From contig NC_042999.1 of NCBI RefSeq assembly GCF_006345805.1, positions 94,612,001 through 94,676,000 on the forward strand: a stretch of 64,000 nucleotides of DNA, in the 5' to 3' direction. The notes beneath the pieces are model-generated. The model saw only the letters and a list, made by a program, of their open reading frames with translations. It was not told where the DNA came from and did no database searches. Source of the DNA: Octopus sinensis. Lineage: Eukaryota. Position 1 is the first letter of the stretch, and the number at the start of each line of letters is the position of its first letter. Made by a program: the position numbers and the translations under genes. Of the stretch, positions 1-13,300 are shown in pieces.

Positions 1-165
1 CTCGAGAGAGATTTAAGGAAGATGCCAGGAGGTTGGCAAATCGGATGTGCAATTTATGTGGGTGTCTTTTCAAATCATTGTCTGGTTTTTAAAAACCACA
101 TCATGTTCTAAGGTATAGGTACAGGTGGTGGTCAACTCAGAATAAGGAGTAGACAACTACCAATA

Positions 166-1196
<1,031 letters not shown>

Positions 1197-2266
1197 GCAT
1201 ATATATATATACGTATGCATGTACGTATATGTATATATATATATATATATAATTATATATTATGTGTGTGTATATATATGTATGTATACACATGTATGTG
1301 TATGCATAGCCATAAAATATATATATGCCTATGCGTACGTCATTGTCTTGCTGTGTGCGTGTGTGTGTATGCATGAATGTATGTATGCATAATCGCTAGG
1401 CAATAAGAATAAAACCAGAAGACTGTGACTATGTTATCGTTATTAGTCGCCATAATCATGTAAGAAATACTTTAAAGAATTTTCTTAGATATGAGTGACC
1501 ATATTGTTTTAATGATAATTAATACCATATTGATGTCTGACCTACAACATTGTAATTCCTGCTTCATCTTCATTTTACATTATCGCATATGCTTCATTAG
1601 ACATGAAAAATTTCGTCACTATAGAATGTTGTTATCAGTAATTGGCTATTGAATTTATTTCAGAACAGGGACATTGTATGATTTATGATCACACGGTTTA
1701 TTTTCTTGAGTCTATCGTGCCTTATACAAAAATATGAGTGGATTTTGGTAAACGCTGACTAACCACTTTATATCTATTGAGATTGGTGTAAGCATCTACA
1801 AACAAAATTCGCCTTAATCTGAAAATGCCATAACTCCCCACTGCAAAATCTCTATTAATATAGAAATCAAATTTCAAATAATATATGATATCCTAGTGTG
1901 AAAATAGTCATTACTCGATATACAATCATATGATACTCTACGAGTAAATGTAGTTGATTGATCTGATAGAAATAGCAGTTCAATCTTTGTTAAATCACAT
2001 GCTATGTTATTAAAATTGAATGCAATAAATAATACTGTCTATTGTGTACCCTACCCAATAGAGAAGATGGTATGATCATGTATGTGATCTATTAATTCAT
2101 AAGTCTACGCGCTTATGTAATCTGGACCAAGAAACAGCAATTCTTAGAGCATACAATTTAAAATTTAATATTTCTTCATCACCGTATGATTTTCAAAGAT
2201 TCATGGTTTATACACTCTAAAACTATAACCGTTAATTAAGGTAAGTGCAAACTTAATATAATATAC

Positions 2267-2480
2267 ATTCATTATTTTGACAAGTGCTGTCTTTCTCTTT
2301 TGAATCAAGATGAAATATGTTACTATAACTCATTGTTGCGAAAAATATTTTCACGTATTTTGTAGTATACGGAATTATATATTTAAGTGTTTCAGTCATC
2401 TTCGACTTGGTTATAGAATATGTATATTTATCGTATAAATACACGTGATAATCTCCGAAACGTTTTCTACGTACATGTTT
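2267..2480 (-). pseudogene. Candidate exon KHVRRKRFGDYH...KDSTCQNNE
   Basis: 214 nt open frame between aactAG and GTatat, phase 0 to 1. It contains RRKR and ends in an EGF-start-like CQNNE. Confidence 0.4.
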
Positions 2481-3666
2481 CTAGTTAAATTTCGAAGGAA
2501 ATACATTTTACGAAACGTTCGTGTATATTGTCCATACAAGACATTTTAAGAACTAATTACTCGAAAATAAAACAACCAATGTAATCAGGGTTGGGAGATG
2601 GAATATAGTGAGTAATTCATATATATATTTTTGAGTCTTTAGAAGGCACTTTTTTACATTCAAGAATAGTAAGACAAATTGCATGTGGCATGTCACGGCA
2701 TAAAAAATATCTTCTGTTGCAACTTTAGTTCACACGTTCTGGTGCTGACACATTAGTACATGTTACTTTATTGATATGACACCTCAAAACTGTCTCAGTT
2801 TTCTCACTGCTGCAATGTTCAAAAATGAAAATATGCAAATACGAAACTCAAGTTCACAAGTATCGCCAATGTAAAAATCCTGTATGCAATGAACTTAATC
2901 TATGTTGAATATAAACAAACTACTTCACCTAAGGAATTGAACTTATGTTTTCAAAATAGATTATAAGATATAACAAAACTAACTTAATCAACAACCATCG
3001 TTATAGCTTTAAATGTTACATTCAAATTTCCATATTCAAAATATATCTCATGCGAGTTTGTGCCAACAAATGCTTGCTGTATGGGTAAAAGTCAAGATAT
3101 GGGATTACTTAATAACAATAGAATCCTATGCTTGAAAACAACATAAAATCATGAATTCGGCAAATTCATTACGTTTTGTGTGATTTTGACACTGATTAGA
3201 TTTTAAGTAGCAATAAATTACCACGAAAACAAAATAATACTACGCATTGCTTTTACTTATATTTGAATAATATTTACAAGGTATATATGTTAAGAGATGT
3301 CAAAACCAATGAACGACTCAAGAAGATACTCAAAGCTACTTACCTTAGTGTAAGCGCTTGGCAACTAAATTGTAGCGTTTTAGATATTATTTTGAAATGT
3401 ATATGAACATATATATCCACATAAATTGCATATGAGCATAAAATTTGTGATGGATAAAATTTCTCACTATGCTGAAGTAGAGATAAATGAATTAAAAATA
3501 GTATACTGTCCATCAATGAAACCAGCTGTATAGTTTATGAAGAAATATGACGCCATTCTAGAAAACTTGCAAATTGATATTATTTCCTCAGTTAGTTCTA
3601 TGTTCTCCAAAGCTGATGGTATTTTTACACACGTACATTTCCGTAGTGTGTCTCGAACCCACTCAC

Positions 3667-3803
3667 CTGACCATATTTACTGATCATATTTAAATAAATA
3701 GTACTTATAATATGTGAAACACGCAGCAAGTAACAGCTGGTGCTAATGCACTGAAACCATTGTAGTGAATTAGATACAAGCCTGTTCGTTCCATCTTCTC
3801 CTA
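3667..3803 (-). pseudogene. Candidate exon GEDGTNRLVSNSLQWFQC...ISKYGQ
   Basis: Bounded by attacAG and GTgagt. Only the phase-1 frame is open, which is compatible with the upstream candidate exon 3900-4109. Confidence 0.5.
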
Positions 3804-3899
3804 CTGTAATATTATATATATATATATACACTTATATATGTAACGTATCGAATTTAATTAGTAAAGAAGATGAGTATCAATACTATAGAATATACTCAC

Positions 3900-4109
3900 A
3901 CACTACAAAGTTTCGTTCATCAATACACACTATAGCTATTGCAAATTGAGTGTTAATGTTTGCTCTGTATATGCCTTTTATATGGACGATATCATGGCCA
4001 TTCGTTAAAAATGGTAAATTATCATCTAAAGCGAAAAATGTAGGTTTAGCTATTATTAATATATGGCTATTTGATTCCGTTGAGCAATCAATGGTGAAAA
4101 TTCTTCCCA
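3900..4109 (-). pseudogene. Candidate exon, divergent cadherin-like repeat GRIFTIDC...TFFALDDN...TQFAIAIVCIDERN
   Basis: 210 nt between atcgcAG and GTgagt, with a single open frame, phase 1 to 1. The spacing resembles a cadherin repeat. Confidence 0.55.
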
Positions 4110-4495
4110 CTGCGATATAAATAGCATTGAATATACGTGAGATTATTTAGTTTATGCTTTTTATATACATTAATCATCTATAACTAATGGAAAATTACTG
4201 AAGATTCACTGGGGAAAAAATTAGAAATATTTGTATATTATTGTATTAGATCTGAAATATTACGTTGAAACATGTTTATGTAAATCGAATTTAAATTCAT
4301 ATTGCATTCTGTAGAAAAAGCAATTCATGGATCTAGGAAATAAATTAGAAAATTATCCACAACGAAGAGAAGAGTGTTTTAAAGCGCTCGCTTCATAAAC
4401 CGAAAACTTTCCGTGTAATTTTCAAGCAGAAAAGAGAAAACATTTTCAGAAAATTGAAAATTATCACCTCACAATCAAACATATACGCATATTGA

Positions 4496-4496
<1 letters not shown>

Positions 4497-4582
<86 letters not shown>

Positions 4583-4749
4583 ATCTATCTATCTATTTAT
4601 CTATATCTATGCATCTTACTTTCTCTCTTTCTCACCTTCCTCTTTCCTTCTCTCACTTTCCTAACACATATGCGCGCCAACACATACACACACACAAATA
4701 GACCAAGCTGTACGTATACTTTATATATATATATATTATATATATATAT

Positions 4750-4790
<41 letters not shown>
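4497..4790. repeat. (CT)n followed by (TA)n microsatellites
   Basis: Directly visible. Confidence 0.95.
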
Positions 4791-5459
4791 GGGAGCATTT
4801 AAAAGCAATAAAAGCAATCCAACTCACTATTTCAATAAATTTGTGGCCAACTAATTTTGCATCATGAAAAACTTTTAATTTAGTCTCAATAAAGGTGTAT
4901 AACACTGCATAAGCTCCTGTTTAGATATACCATTTGAACTGTAATGTAAAAACACGAAAAGGAACTTAAATCGTGGGAACATTAAGAGTATATATGTAAA
5001 ACAACATGGATTTTTGATGATGTATGTAGGCATTTCTATGCTTGTGCTTATATGTGTATGTATTCATATTCTAAATCATAAGGCGGTCGAGGTTTGACCT
5101 CGTGTTTCCATCTCTAGCAGCAGACTGCTTCACGTTTTTACACTTATACACTTTATATATCCAGGCTCCTACATTTCATTACATATAAATGTATAAATGA
5201 TACCATGGCTTCAGATGTCAAAGAAACAAACAACAGGTAAAAATCATATATAAAAAATTATAAAATACACAGACCTGCCCAGAAAACGTATATAAAATTA
5301 TTCTGCAAAAAAGATGATTACAGTAAGTCAACTAAGAATTTAAAGAAAAAAGTATATAAAGTAAATTTATACCCAACTATGAACATTATATATAAAATGC
5401 AAAAGCCAATATAGTCGTAGACCATGATAATTGCAGGAGCATGATATGAACCCAATCAG

Positions 5460-5640
5460 GTAACTAATCCACATCTTCACGAATCATTACAAAAGATAAT
5501 TCAACATCCTATATCTATGACCGTTTCGCGAGTTCATTGACGTTGATGAACTCCTGAAATGGTCATAGAAACTGGATGTTAAATTACTTTTTGGAATCAT
5601 TCGCGAAGAGATAGATTCGCGAATATGTCGATTAGTTACT
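5460..5640. repeat. Imperfect ~85 bp-arm hairpin (foldback element)
   Basis: gtaactaatccacatc...gagttcat pairs with atgaactc...gattagttac around an ~8 nt loop. Confidence 0.8.
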
Positions 5641-6373
5641 TGAATTTAATGTTTATTCTTAAATTATATTATTGATATGTGCCTTTGGCTCAATATCATT
5701 TGAGCTCTTCTCTCCTGCAGTCCTATATATATTCGTCTTTTTTTATCTCTCCCCCCTCTCCTACATTTCTCTGCCTTTCTCACTTTGCACTTCACTTTGA
5801 TCTGTCTCTTTCTCGCTCTCTCTCTTCTCCTCATCCTTGGTTCCTTCTTCCCCTCTTGTCTCTCTCTTCTCTCCCTCCTTAATTCCTCTGTCCCTCTTTT
5901 CCTTTCTCTTCTCCTCACACGTGACTGACTGACCGACTGCCGGCCTTCGTGTTTGGCAGTCGTCGCGGCAAGACACATCTTTTCTCCCTGTCCTAAGGCA
6001 TTTTTCTAACACGCCAGCTCAATGTTTACTCATCCTGTCGAAAGACGCCTGTTTGTGAGTCCTGTTTTTGTTATTATTATTATCATTATCGTTTTTACGT
6101 ATTTTTGTATTCATATTCGTGTAACATCGTCCATTTTTCCGTCTTTGTTTTGTATGCATTCGAGACTTTCTTCCAAGGAATCTAATGCGCTTAGCTTAGA
6201 TTTTTCTTGGGGCTGGCCAGATCGGAGCAATCTCAAAATTAATCAGCTGAAATTGCGAGGATGATCCGGTTCTTGACTGAAGATTGAAGGCTTCGAATGT
6301 CCCGTCCGTGTTTTTTGTATCGTCTTCTAAATGTTTTGCGTTCTTGTCCCAGTTTGTATTTTTTACATACATA

Positions 6374-6409
<36 letters not shown>

Positions 6410-6529
6410 TACATCCATCCATACATACATACATCAGTGGCGTCAAATGCAGTCACAGACACGTTGACATAGAGGACCATACATTCTCCTGCATAGTGAA
6501 TACTGTCCCCTATTAACTTTTACCTGGTA

Positions 6530-8990
6530 AAAAATTGTTAAATTTGTTGAGTAAATGCAATGAAACCATCTTCTTTTGAAAGGTTCGTAGTAGTAAATAG
6601 TGAAGTACATACCACACTTACATATCATGGCAACGAAAGAACCTGGATTCATGTATTACATTTCTCAAAACAATCGAAAAATATTCCAGTGAACATTCGA
6701 ACTGAACGAAGACCTATACCAGTTCTACGAAAAGAATGAGAAAGATTCCACCATAAGCTACATGAAGAGACTTAAAGAATATTGGGATAAGTACCCAACA
6801 TTTTCAAAATTTTCAGATGAACTATAACGCCATTGAACTGCATTTTGTGAAAAGCAATTTGCCATTCTTCTAATCAAAATCATTCAGCCAGAATGATAGT
6901 TGTCTTATTAACAATACAGTAAACTTTGTCCACGAAGAAACTGTGAACGATGAGAATCATGACTGCGATGAACACAGCAATAACCAACCACCAGCACACA
7001 GCCGTGTGGTAACCACTTATAATCCCACAAAAACGAATAAAGCATGTAAGATACTAAAGACAGAGCTTGCATCGAAATTCGAGTCGGAACTTCACTACTT
7101 ATATACATAAGGAACTACATGAAAAAACGATACCAGCATGAGGAGAGGACCCAACGGCCTGAGGAAAATCCAAGAGAACAATTAGCTCAAATTAAAGCCT
7201 CCAACCTTAGGACAATAACTATTCTGTGATTTTGTGCCCCAATAACTGTGTACCAGGAAGTGAGAGTAAAAGGGACCGATCCAAAATAGTTCTCGCCCAC
7301 CAAAATAACATCACCTAAAGAAGAATGTTGGACAGTTGGATACTATCAGCCCTGGTAACAAAATGTAATGGCTACACTAATTCACAGGGAAAGTGCGCGA
7401 AGCGGTGATAAGAAAAACACGGTGAATGGCTTGTTTTTTATAAGTCCGAACGTGCTCTTAGCATATTCGAACTGGTATTAACATTCTAATAAAATTAATT
7501 TCACCCACATATTTTTTGATGATGACCTAAAGACGTATTCCGATAACAGGATCAACATCAAGAGACAATGAGAACTAGTCACAACATTCTCACGGAACAT
7601 AGGAGTGGAGTTTGGGCAAGTTAAATGGTTTATCCATCTCCATAATCTCTTATGATGAAAACTACAACTATCTTGTTATCGATGAGAATTTTTTATGTGT
7701 CGGTGCTATGACTAAAGCCAGAATAACAAAAGGATACTTCTGTAGACTCCGATAAATATAGGAATTAGGGATCTCTGCATTTAACAAGACAATATCTCAC
7801 AATGCTTTTGCAGTGCCAGCACCAGTACGAACAATTGGGATTCTGGACTGGACTCTTGATGACATTCGTAGCCTGGGCATCAAAACTAGAAAAGTACTGA
7901 CCACTACTGGCAACTTCCACATTAACGGTGACAGACAGGGTCTATGATAGATGAGGTGATGGCGGTAGAGGCGTACGTCATTCCAGAAAGCATTCGAAAA
8001 TCGCAGTATATAACTTAGATAACACGTATTGAACAGCAAAGAAAGAAATTAGTACATGCTACAGATACGCAACAATAAGAACAACACCATCAGAGTTGGA
8101 GAAGAATTGTGTAGATACTTGAGATAACAAATGTCTCATGTAACCCAAATGAGGCTGGAATGGCCCACCTAAGCAGACTCTTAGAGGAGAAACAGGCATC
8201 ATACCAGCAAAAACAATGTGTAGGTATATGTCCCGTAAGCTAGAGGATAGCAACAGCATTTACAGGAAGAGTAGCCACTCCTGGTCCTGTTGTAGATGCA
8301 TTACACCCTACGTAGAAAGGTTTGCCTTCACTATTCAGGAACAGAGGATATCTACTAAATACCTGATAAACAAAGGAGACAAAGAAACCACAAAACCTGT
8401 ACGTTGTTGTGATAGAAAATGTAGGCTCTGTTATACCAGTGTAAAGGAAATCACCTACAACATCAGCAGCTGGCTTTAAAATGTCTACAAGATACTACCA
8501 ACCCATACCCACGAGGCATTATATAGTTGCAAAAACTACTTACAATCTATCTCCAGGAAGGGTTGCCCTGACACATGCATCGAAGATGTATGAGAACCAC
8601 AGGAATTCAGACCTTTAAAATGAAGAAATACTGGTGCAACACTCCTCTACAAATTCGGTGCAAATATAACATACCTGATGTTCTTCTGTGGACAAGGAAC
8701 AAAAGCCATGCACTGCTGTATGACTTATATGACATCTGCCCAACAGATGTGTATCATCAAAAGTCCAGGAAAAGGAGAACATTTACGGTGAATTAATGCG
8801 GAATTTACAGCTCTTGTACTCTAATAATAAATTCTCATTTGTATCTATCATCATGGGTGCATTAAGATATATACCAACAAATTTACACAAAAACCTAAAA
8901 ATACCACGTGTTTTCGAAGAAACGGTAAAATAAATTGACGTGGATTCTTTAAATTCAATCTATTATGCGCACTGTGCATTACGGTAATTC
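6530..8990 (+). mobile_element. Decayed RLE-type non-LTR retrotransposon (R4/Dong/NeSL-like)
   Basis: Frameshifted motifs occur in the expected order: THIF..DDLKTY (~7500-7540, RT); FSRNIGVEFGQVK; NAFAVPA...TIGILDWT...IKTRKVLTTTGNFHIN (7800-7930); CDRKCRLC (8400-8430, zinc knuckle); QLLY..F.F..IIMGAL (8805-8870, end of RLE domain). Confidence 0.85.
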
Positions 8991-10669
8991 GCCATCTAAG
9001 ATTTTTTGGGGGAATAGGTGTACACACCTGAGTGTGTGTATCAACAATTCAACCAACACACCAACTCAACCACATATTTACAAACACCAGACACTCCCTT
9101 AACTCAAATAGTCTTGTCGCTTTGATAGACACCAGTTTGAACTCTGTTCAGAAGAACTTAAATAAAACACGAAGAAAACATACATAGCCTGATTGAACGG
9201 GCTTCTGATTACAGCGTTCAAACCATTACAATCCTTGTACTCGCTTACATGAAGTAATACGCTTGTATTCAGTTTGACATTATCTAATGCGAACCTCCCT
9301 TTATAAGACAACCTTTAGCTATTTCTAACAGATTTGGCAGGCGTTTCAAGTAGCTCACGTGAGTTACCTTCACTTCACAAAGATATTTCCTTTCAATACT
9401 TGGATTTCCTAAAATATTGCATAAAGTGTCTTCTTGTATCTGTTTACTCTACACATTGGTTATTTCATAACCGTGTAGAAATTTTAAAATCTGCTAAGAT
9501 TTTCTCAAGATATATAGATGTTCCAAGCTATATGAATTGTTATTTTCCTTTTGCTGAGAATACGAGAAGGTCAATGAAATGTAAGAATTCCTTATTTGGA
9601 AGTACGCTGCTGATTTGGAACATTTAATTTACTCTCCGTACATGTATCTCTAATACCTAAAATGTAGAAAGACCCGTCCTATTGTCATCTAATAATTATC
9701 AGCAAACACAAGCCTGATCGGCAGCGCTATTGGCCATAGTCTTTGAAAATCCAGTGTGAAAATTCGATATGGTTTGGTTAGATATTTTTGATCACATCAA
9801 AATTCTATTTTACGTAAATTCCCTTCAAGATTTAATCAAATCATTCAATATTATCGTTTCCTTCGTTAAGATATGTGAGCATATTTGTTCTCAATTATCT
9901 AAATTGTAAGAAATATAAGGCTCTTTTAAACTACATACATTTTCTATGTAAATAATTTTCCCTTGCAGCTTGAGGTATTTCTGCTTAGAGGGGAAATTTA
10001 TATATGAATTGATTGAATTATTTCCACTTATATATTTACTGCCCTTTGCAAAAGCGATAACCCAATGGCACTTGCGATCAACTTATATGGAATACCAGGA
10101 AAGATATGCTAGTATCTATAGATTTACACTTATTACGATTTATCAGCGACGCTCAAGAACTTCAGGAAGAAAATTGAAATTGACATTACAGATAGAAAAG
10201 GAGTCAGTGGTGTTACTGACGGTCATTTGCAATTGCACATAAGAGATATTGTATTAGAACATAACAATAACCAAGCTAATTTCATCCTGAACTTAATCAT
10301 TCAGATCGAATCTTTTAGATTTAATGAAATTTTACCAGATTTTGAAATTAAAAATTAAAGTACGCCCCAGAGAATTTCGAAGTGTTAAAGTTCTCTAATT
10401 TCATAACTCACAAATATGATATTTACGTTCTAGTGTTTCTAATAATTCAAATTTAATCGACTTAATTCATGCATTCATTCGTTCATCTGCTCAATATTTC
10501 CGAAAAAGCAGCATCAGTTCTAACTCACTGCAATACCTGCTGGGCATTTTAGTACGCATAATCTACAAATAACGAAAGGATTATCCAAACATTATCACCT
10601 TTAGAAGAGAAAAATTAAGAAGTAGTATTTACTTCAATAATACAAGGATATCTTAGAAGAAGAGTTAGA

Positions 10670-10930
<261 letters not shown>

Positions 10931-11116
10931 ATGTATAGGGCAGGGGATTGACAGGGAAAAAACAAGTTACGTACTAAGTTCGAATCCAACCGATGTTCAA
11001 TTTACCGTTCATCTTACCGGGATTAAGAACATACTGTACCAGTTAATTTACCAGTAAATCGAGTATGTTATAGGACAATACAATACAATGTGGAGGTTAC
11101 TTGAAAGCATCTAAAC

Positions 11117-11376
11117 CAGTGGTTCAACTTTTTCGGGCTGCCATATTCTTGGCATATACGCCGCATTCCTAGCGCCCTCCCACTCACTACCACCACAAAT
11201 ATAGACCACTTTCTGTAGCTAATTCAAAATACATGTATTTGACAAATAAAACTACACTTGATTTACCCATAATCTTTTTGTTTTTACGTTTATCGTCTCC
11301 TTTTGAACAACCCATTATCACCCCAATTTTCTCCACCGCCCTCAGAGAGCAATACCACCTACTTAATGAACTACTG
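11117..11376. mobile_element. hAT-type MITE (260 bp)
   Basis: Termini CAGTGGTTC...GAACTACTG. Flanking 8-mers atctaaac and atctaagg form a degenerate 8 bp TSD. Confidence 0.7.
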
Positions 11377-11559
11377 ATCTAAGGCAGTAAAATTACAAAT
11401 AAGAAGTTAAAAGATACTATTCCCCTCATATGTGGAAATTTCCGAGGGCTGCCCGTGAAAAAGACACAAATCACGACCACAATCGCCCCTAGTACAACTT
11501 ACCTCTCTCCATGCTCCTTCTTCAGCATACAAGCGCACACTCCCAACTGGAATGTCCAC

Positions 11560-11930
11560 TCAGACAATCTTTGCCAGTCTTGAACAGTTTTCAACAAATT
11601 TGCTTGATGGCAGTACGTCCCTCTCCACCTTCAGTTACTTTTTCATGAGAAACTTGAGAATGGTGATGGGTTCCCGACCAAAGAGGAAGTTGCCTGACTT
11701 CAGCATTTTCAATCTGATCCACCAAACAGGCTTTCTTGCTAAGGCCACCATAGAGATAGAAAAATGCCCGTAGTTTTCGAGCAAAAGAAAGCGGCAGGAC
11801 TATCTATAAATTTCTGGAAAATATCCATGGGATCAGACTAGATAATTCTCCTGATACTTTCGCCAGCACTAACGCTCTCCACGAGAGAGTCGTCACTCTT
11901 GCTTGCCTTTCATTCTCTTTAGAACACCAA
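11560..11930 (-). mobile_element. Old 3' ORF2 fragment of an L1/Tx1-type LINE
   Basis: Translates to ...MVALARKPVWWIRLKMLKSGNFLFG...KVERDVLPSSKFVENC. This aligns by eye with AMAKECIWWTRLKGLETNTFLSG...RVERQVLSSECFKKRW of the copy at ~44.9-45.1 kb. Confidence 0.65.
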
Positions 11931-12200
11931 AGTGGGACTTCCATGAGCGCTTGACAATACTCGTATGCTAGCCAGCATATTTTTATCTATATTTCATAGT
12001 ACCGCAGCTCTGTCAGAGACGAGATGTGAAGATGCGAGTTTGAGAAACGACGATGACAGATGCTATCATCAGCTTGGGCATGTCTAGTCTCCCACTCTAC
12101 GTGTGTTGACAACAAGCGTGACGCCAGACCAATGGAACGCGTTCCTTAATTTACGACCATCATTCTTATACACATATACACACACTCTTACACACACACA

Positions 12201-12245
<45 letters not shown>

Positions 12246-12331
12246 ATACACACACATATAGATAATTTGACAGATGGATAAATAGATAGAACACGTAAGA
12301 TAGGGATACAACTTTGGGTTTCAAGTTAATA

Positions 12332-12505
12332 TTGGTTTCAAATTTTGGCACTAGACCAGAAATTATATCGACTCCATTATTCAACTAGCACTTAGTTTTT
12401 CCGATCCTGAAAGGATGAAAGACAAAGTGGACCTGGGCGGAATTTGAACTCAGAACGTAAAGACCGACGAAATGCTGCCAAGCATTGTGTCTGGCGTATT
12501 GTTCC
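12332..12505 (-). mobile_element. tRNA-derived SINE, family B
   Basis: Carries the shared core gagttcaaattccgcc.aggtc.actttg.ctttcatcctttc on the minus strand. Confidence 0.75.
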
Positions 12506-12527
12506 AGGCCGCAATGCGAGTTTTCCC

Positions 12528-12760
12528 GTTGATATTGTTTTCAAATTTTCGTTCAAAGCCAGCAATCTCAGGGAGCGGAAAGTCGACTACATAAACCCCA
12601 GTGTCTAACTGGTACTTATTTTATCAACCACCGATATGATAAAAGGCAAAGTCGACCTCAGCGGAATGTGAACTCAGAACATGAAAACTGAGTAAATGCC
12701 ACTATGCATTTTGCCCGGCGTGCTATCGATTTTGTTCGCACGCCACCTTCAAGGATTCAC
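12528..12760 (-). mobile_element. tRNA-derived SINE, family B (tandem second copy)
   Basis: Same core (aaaggcaaagtcgacctcagcggaatgtgaactcagaac on plus) and ctggtacttatttt segment. Confidence 0.75.
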
Positions 12761-13300
12761 GTTAATATTGCTTGATATATGCTATACTGCACGTGAGTGT
12801 AAAGTGAGATAATTTTGGCTCACACTGTAGCAAATGTAAAGAATTTCCATTTATAATGCCCTGGTAAAGAAAATGGAGAAATCAACCAAATTGTATAAAT
12901 TCTAACATTCTCGGGTCATCACAACGAGTAGCATTCTTAATTGTCAACAACAACATAGTGATAGCACCTCTTTTAGTAACTGCTTCAGTAAGTCAGATGA
13001 ACTGATCTGCAGCAATTAAATTTTTCTATCCGTTTAGGTACACTTCAAGTACACTATCTGTGTTTACTTATGATGCTATGATGTCCAATAGAATAATTTT
13101 ATAGATATCCAGCTAACATAAACTAAGTAGATAAATATCAACGACTTGTTTTTTTTTATACAACTCGTTTCTTTCCACGATATATTCAATGAAAGTTTGG
13201 TTTATTTGCAGCTGTCTACAATGTTACAATGTTATACTCACACACACACACACACACACATAATATATATGTATATATGTATGTATGTATGTATGTATGT

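Noticed and set aside
9970-10242. 90 aa plus-strand ORF after a good-looking acceptor
   Set aside because: No recognisable motif and no donor. The opposite strand gives the more cadherin-like reading.
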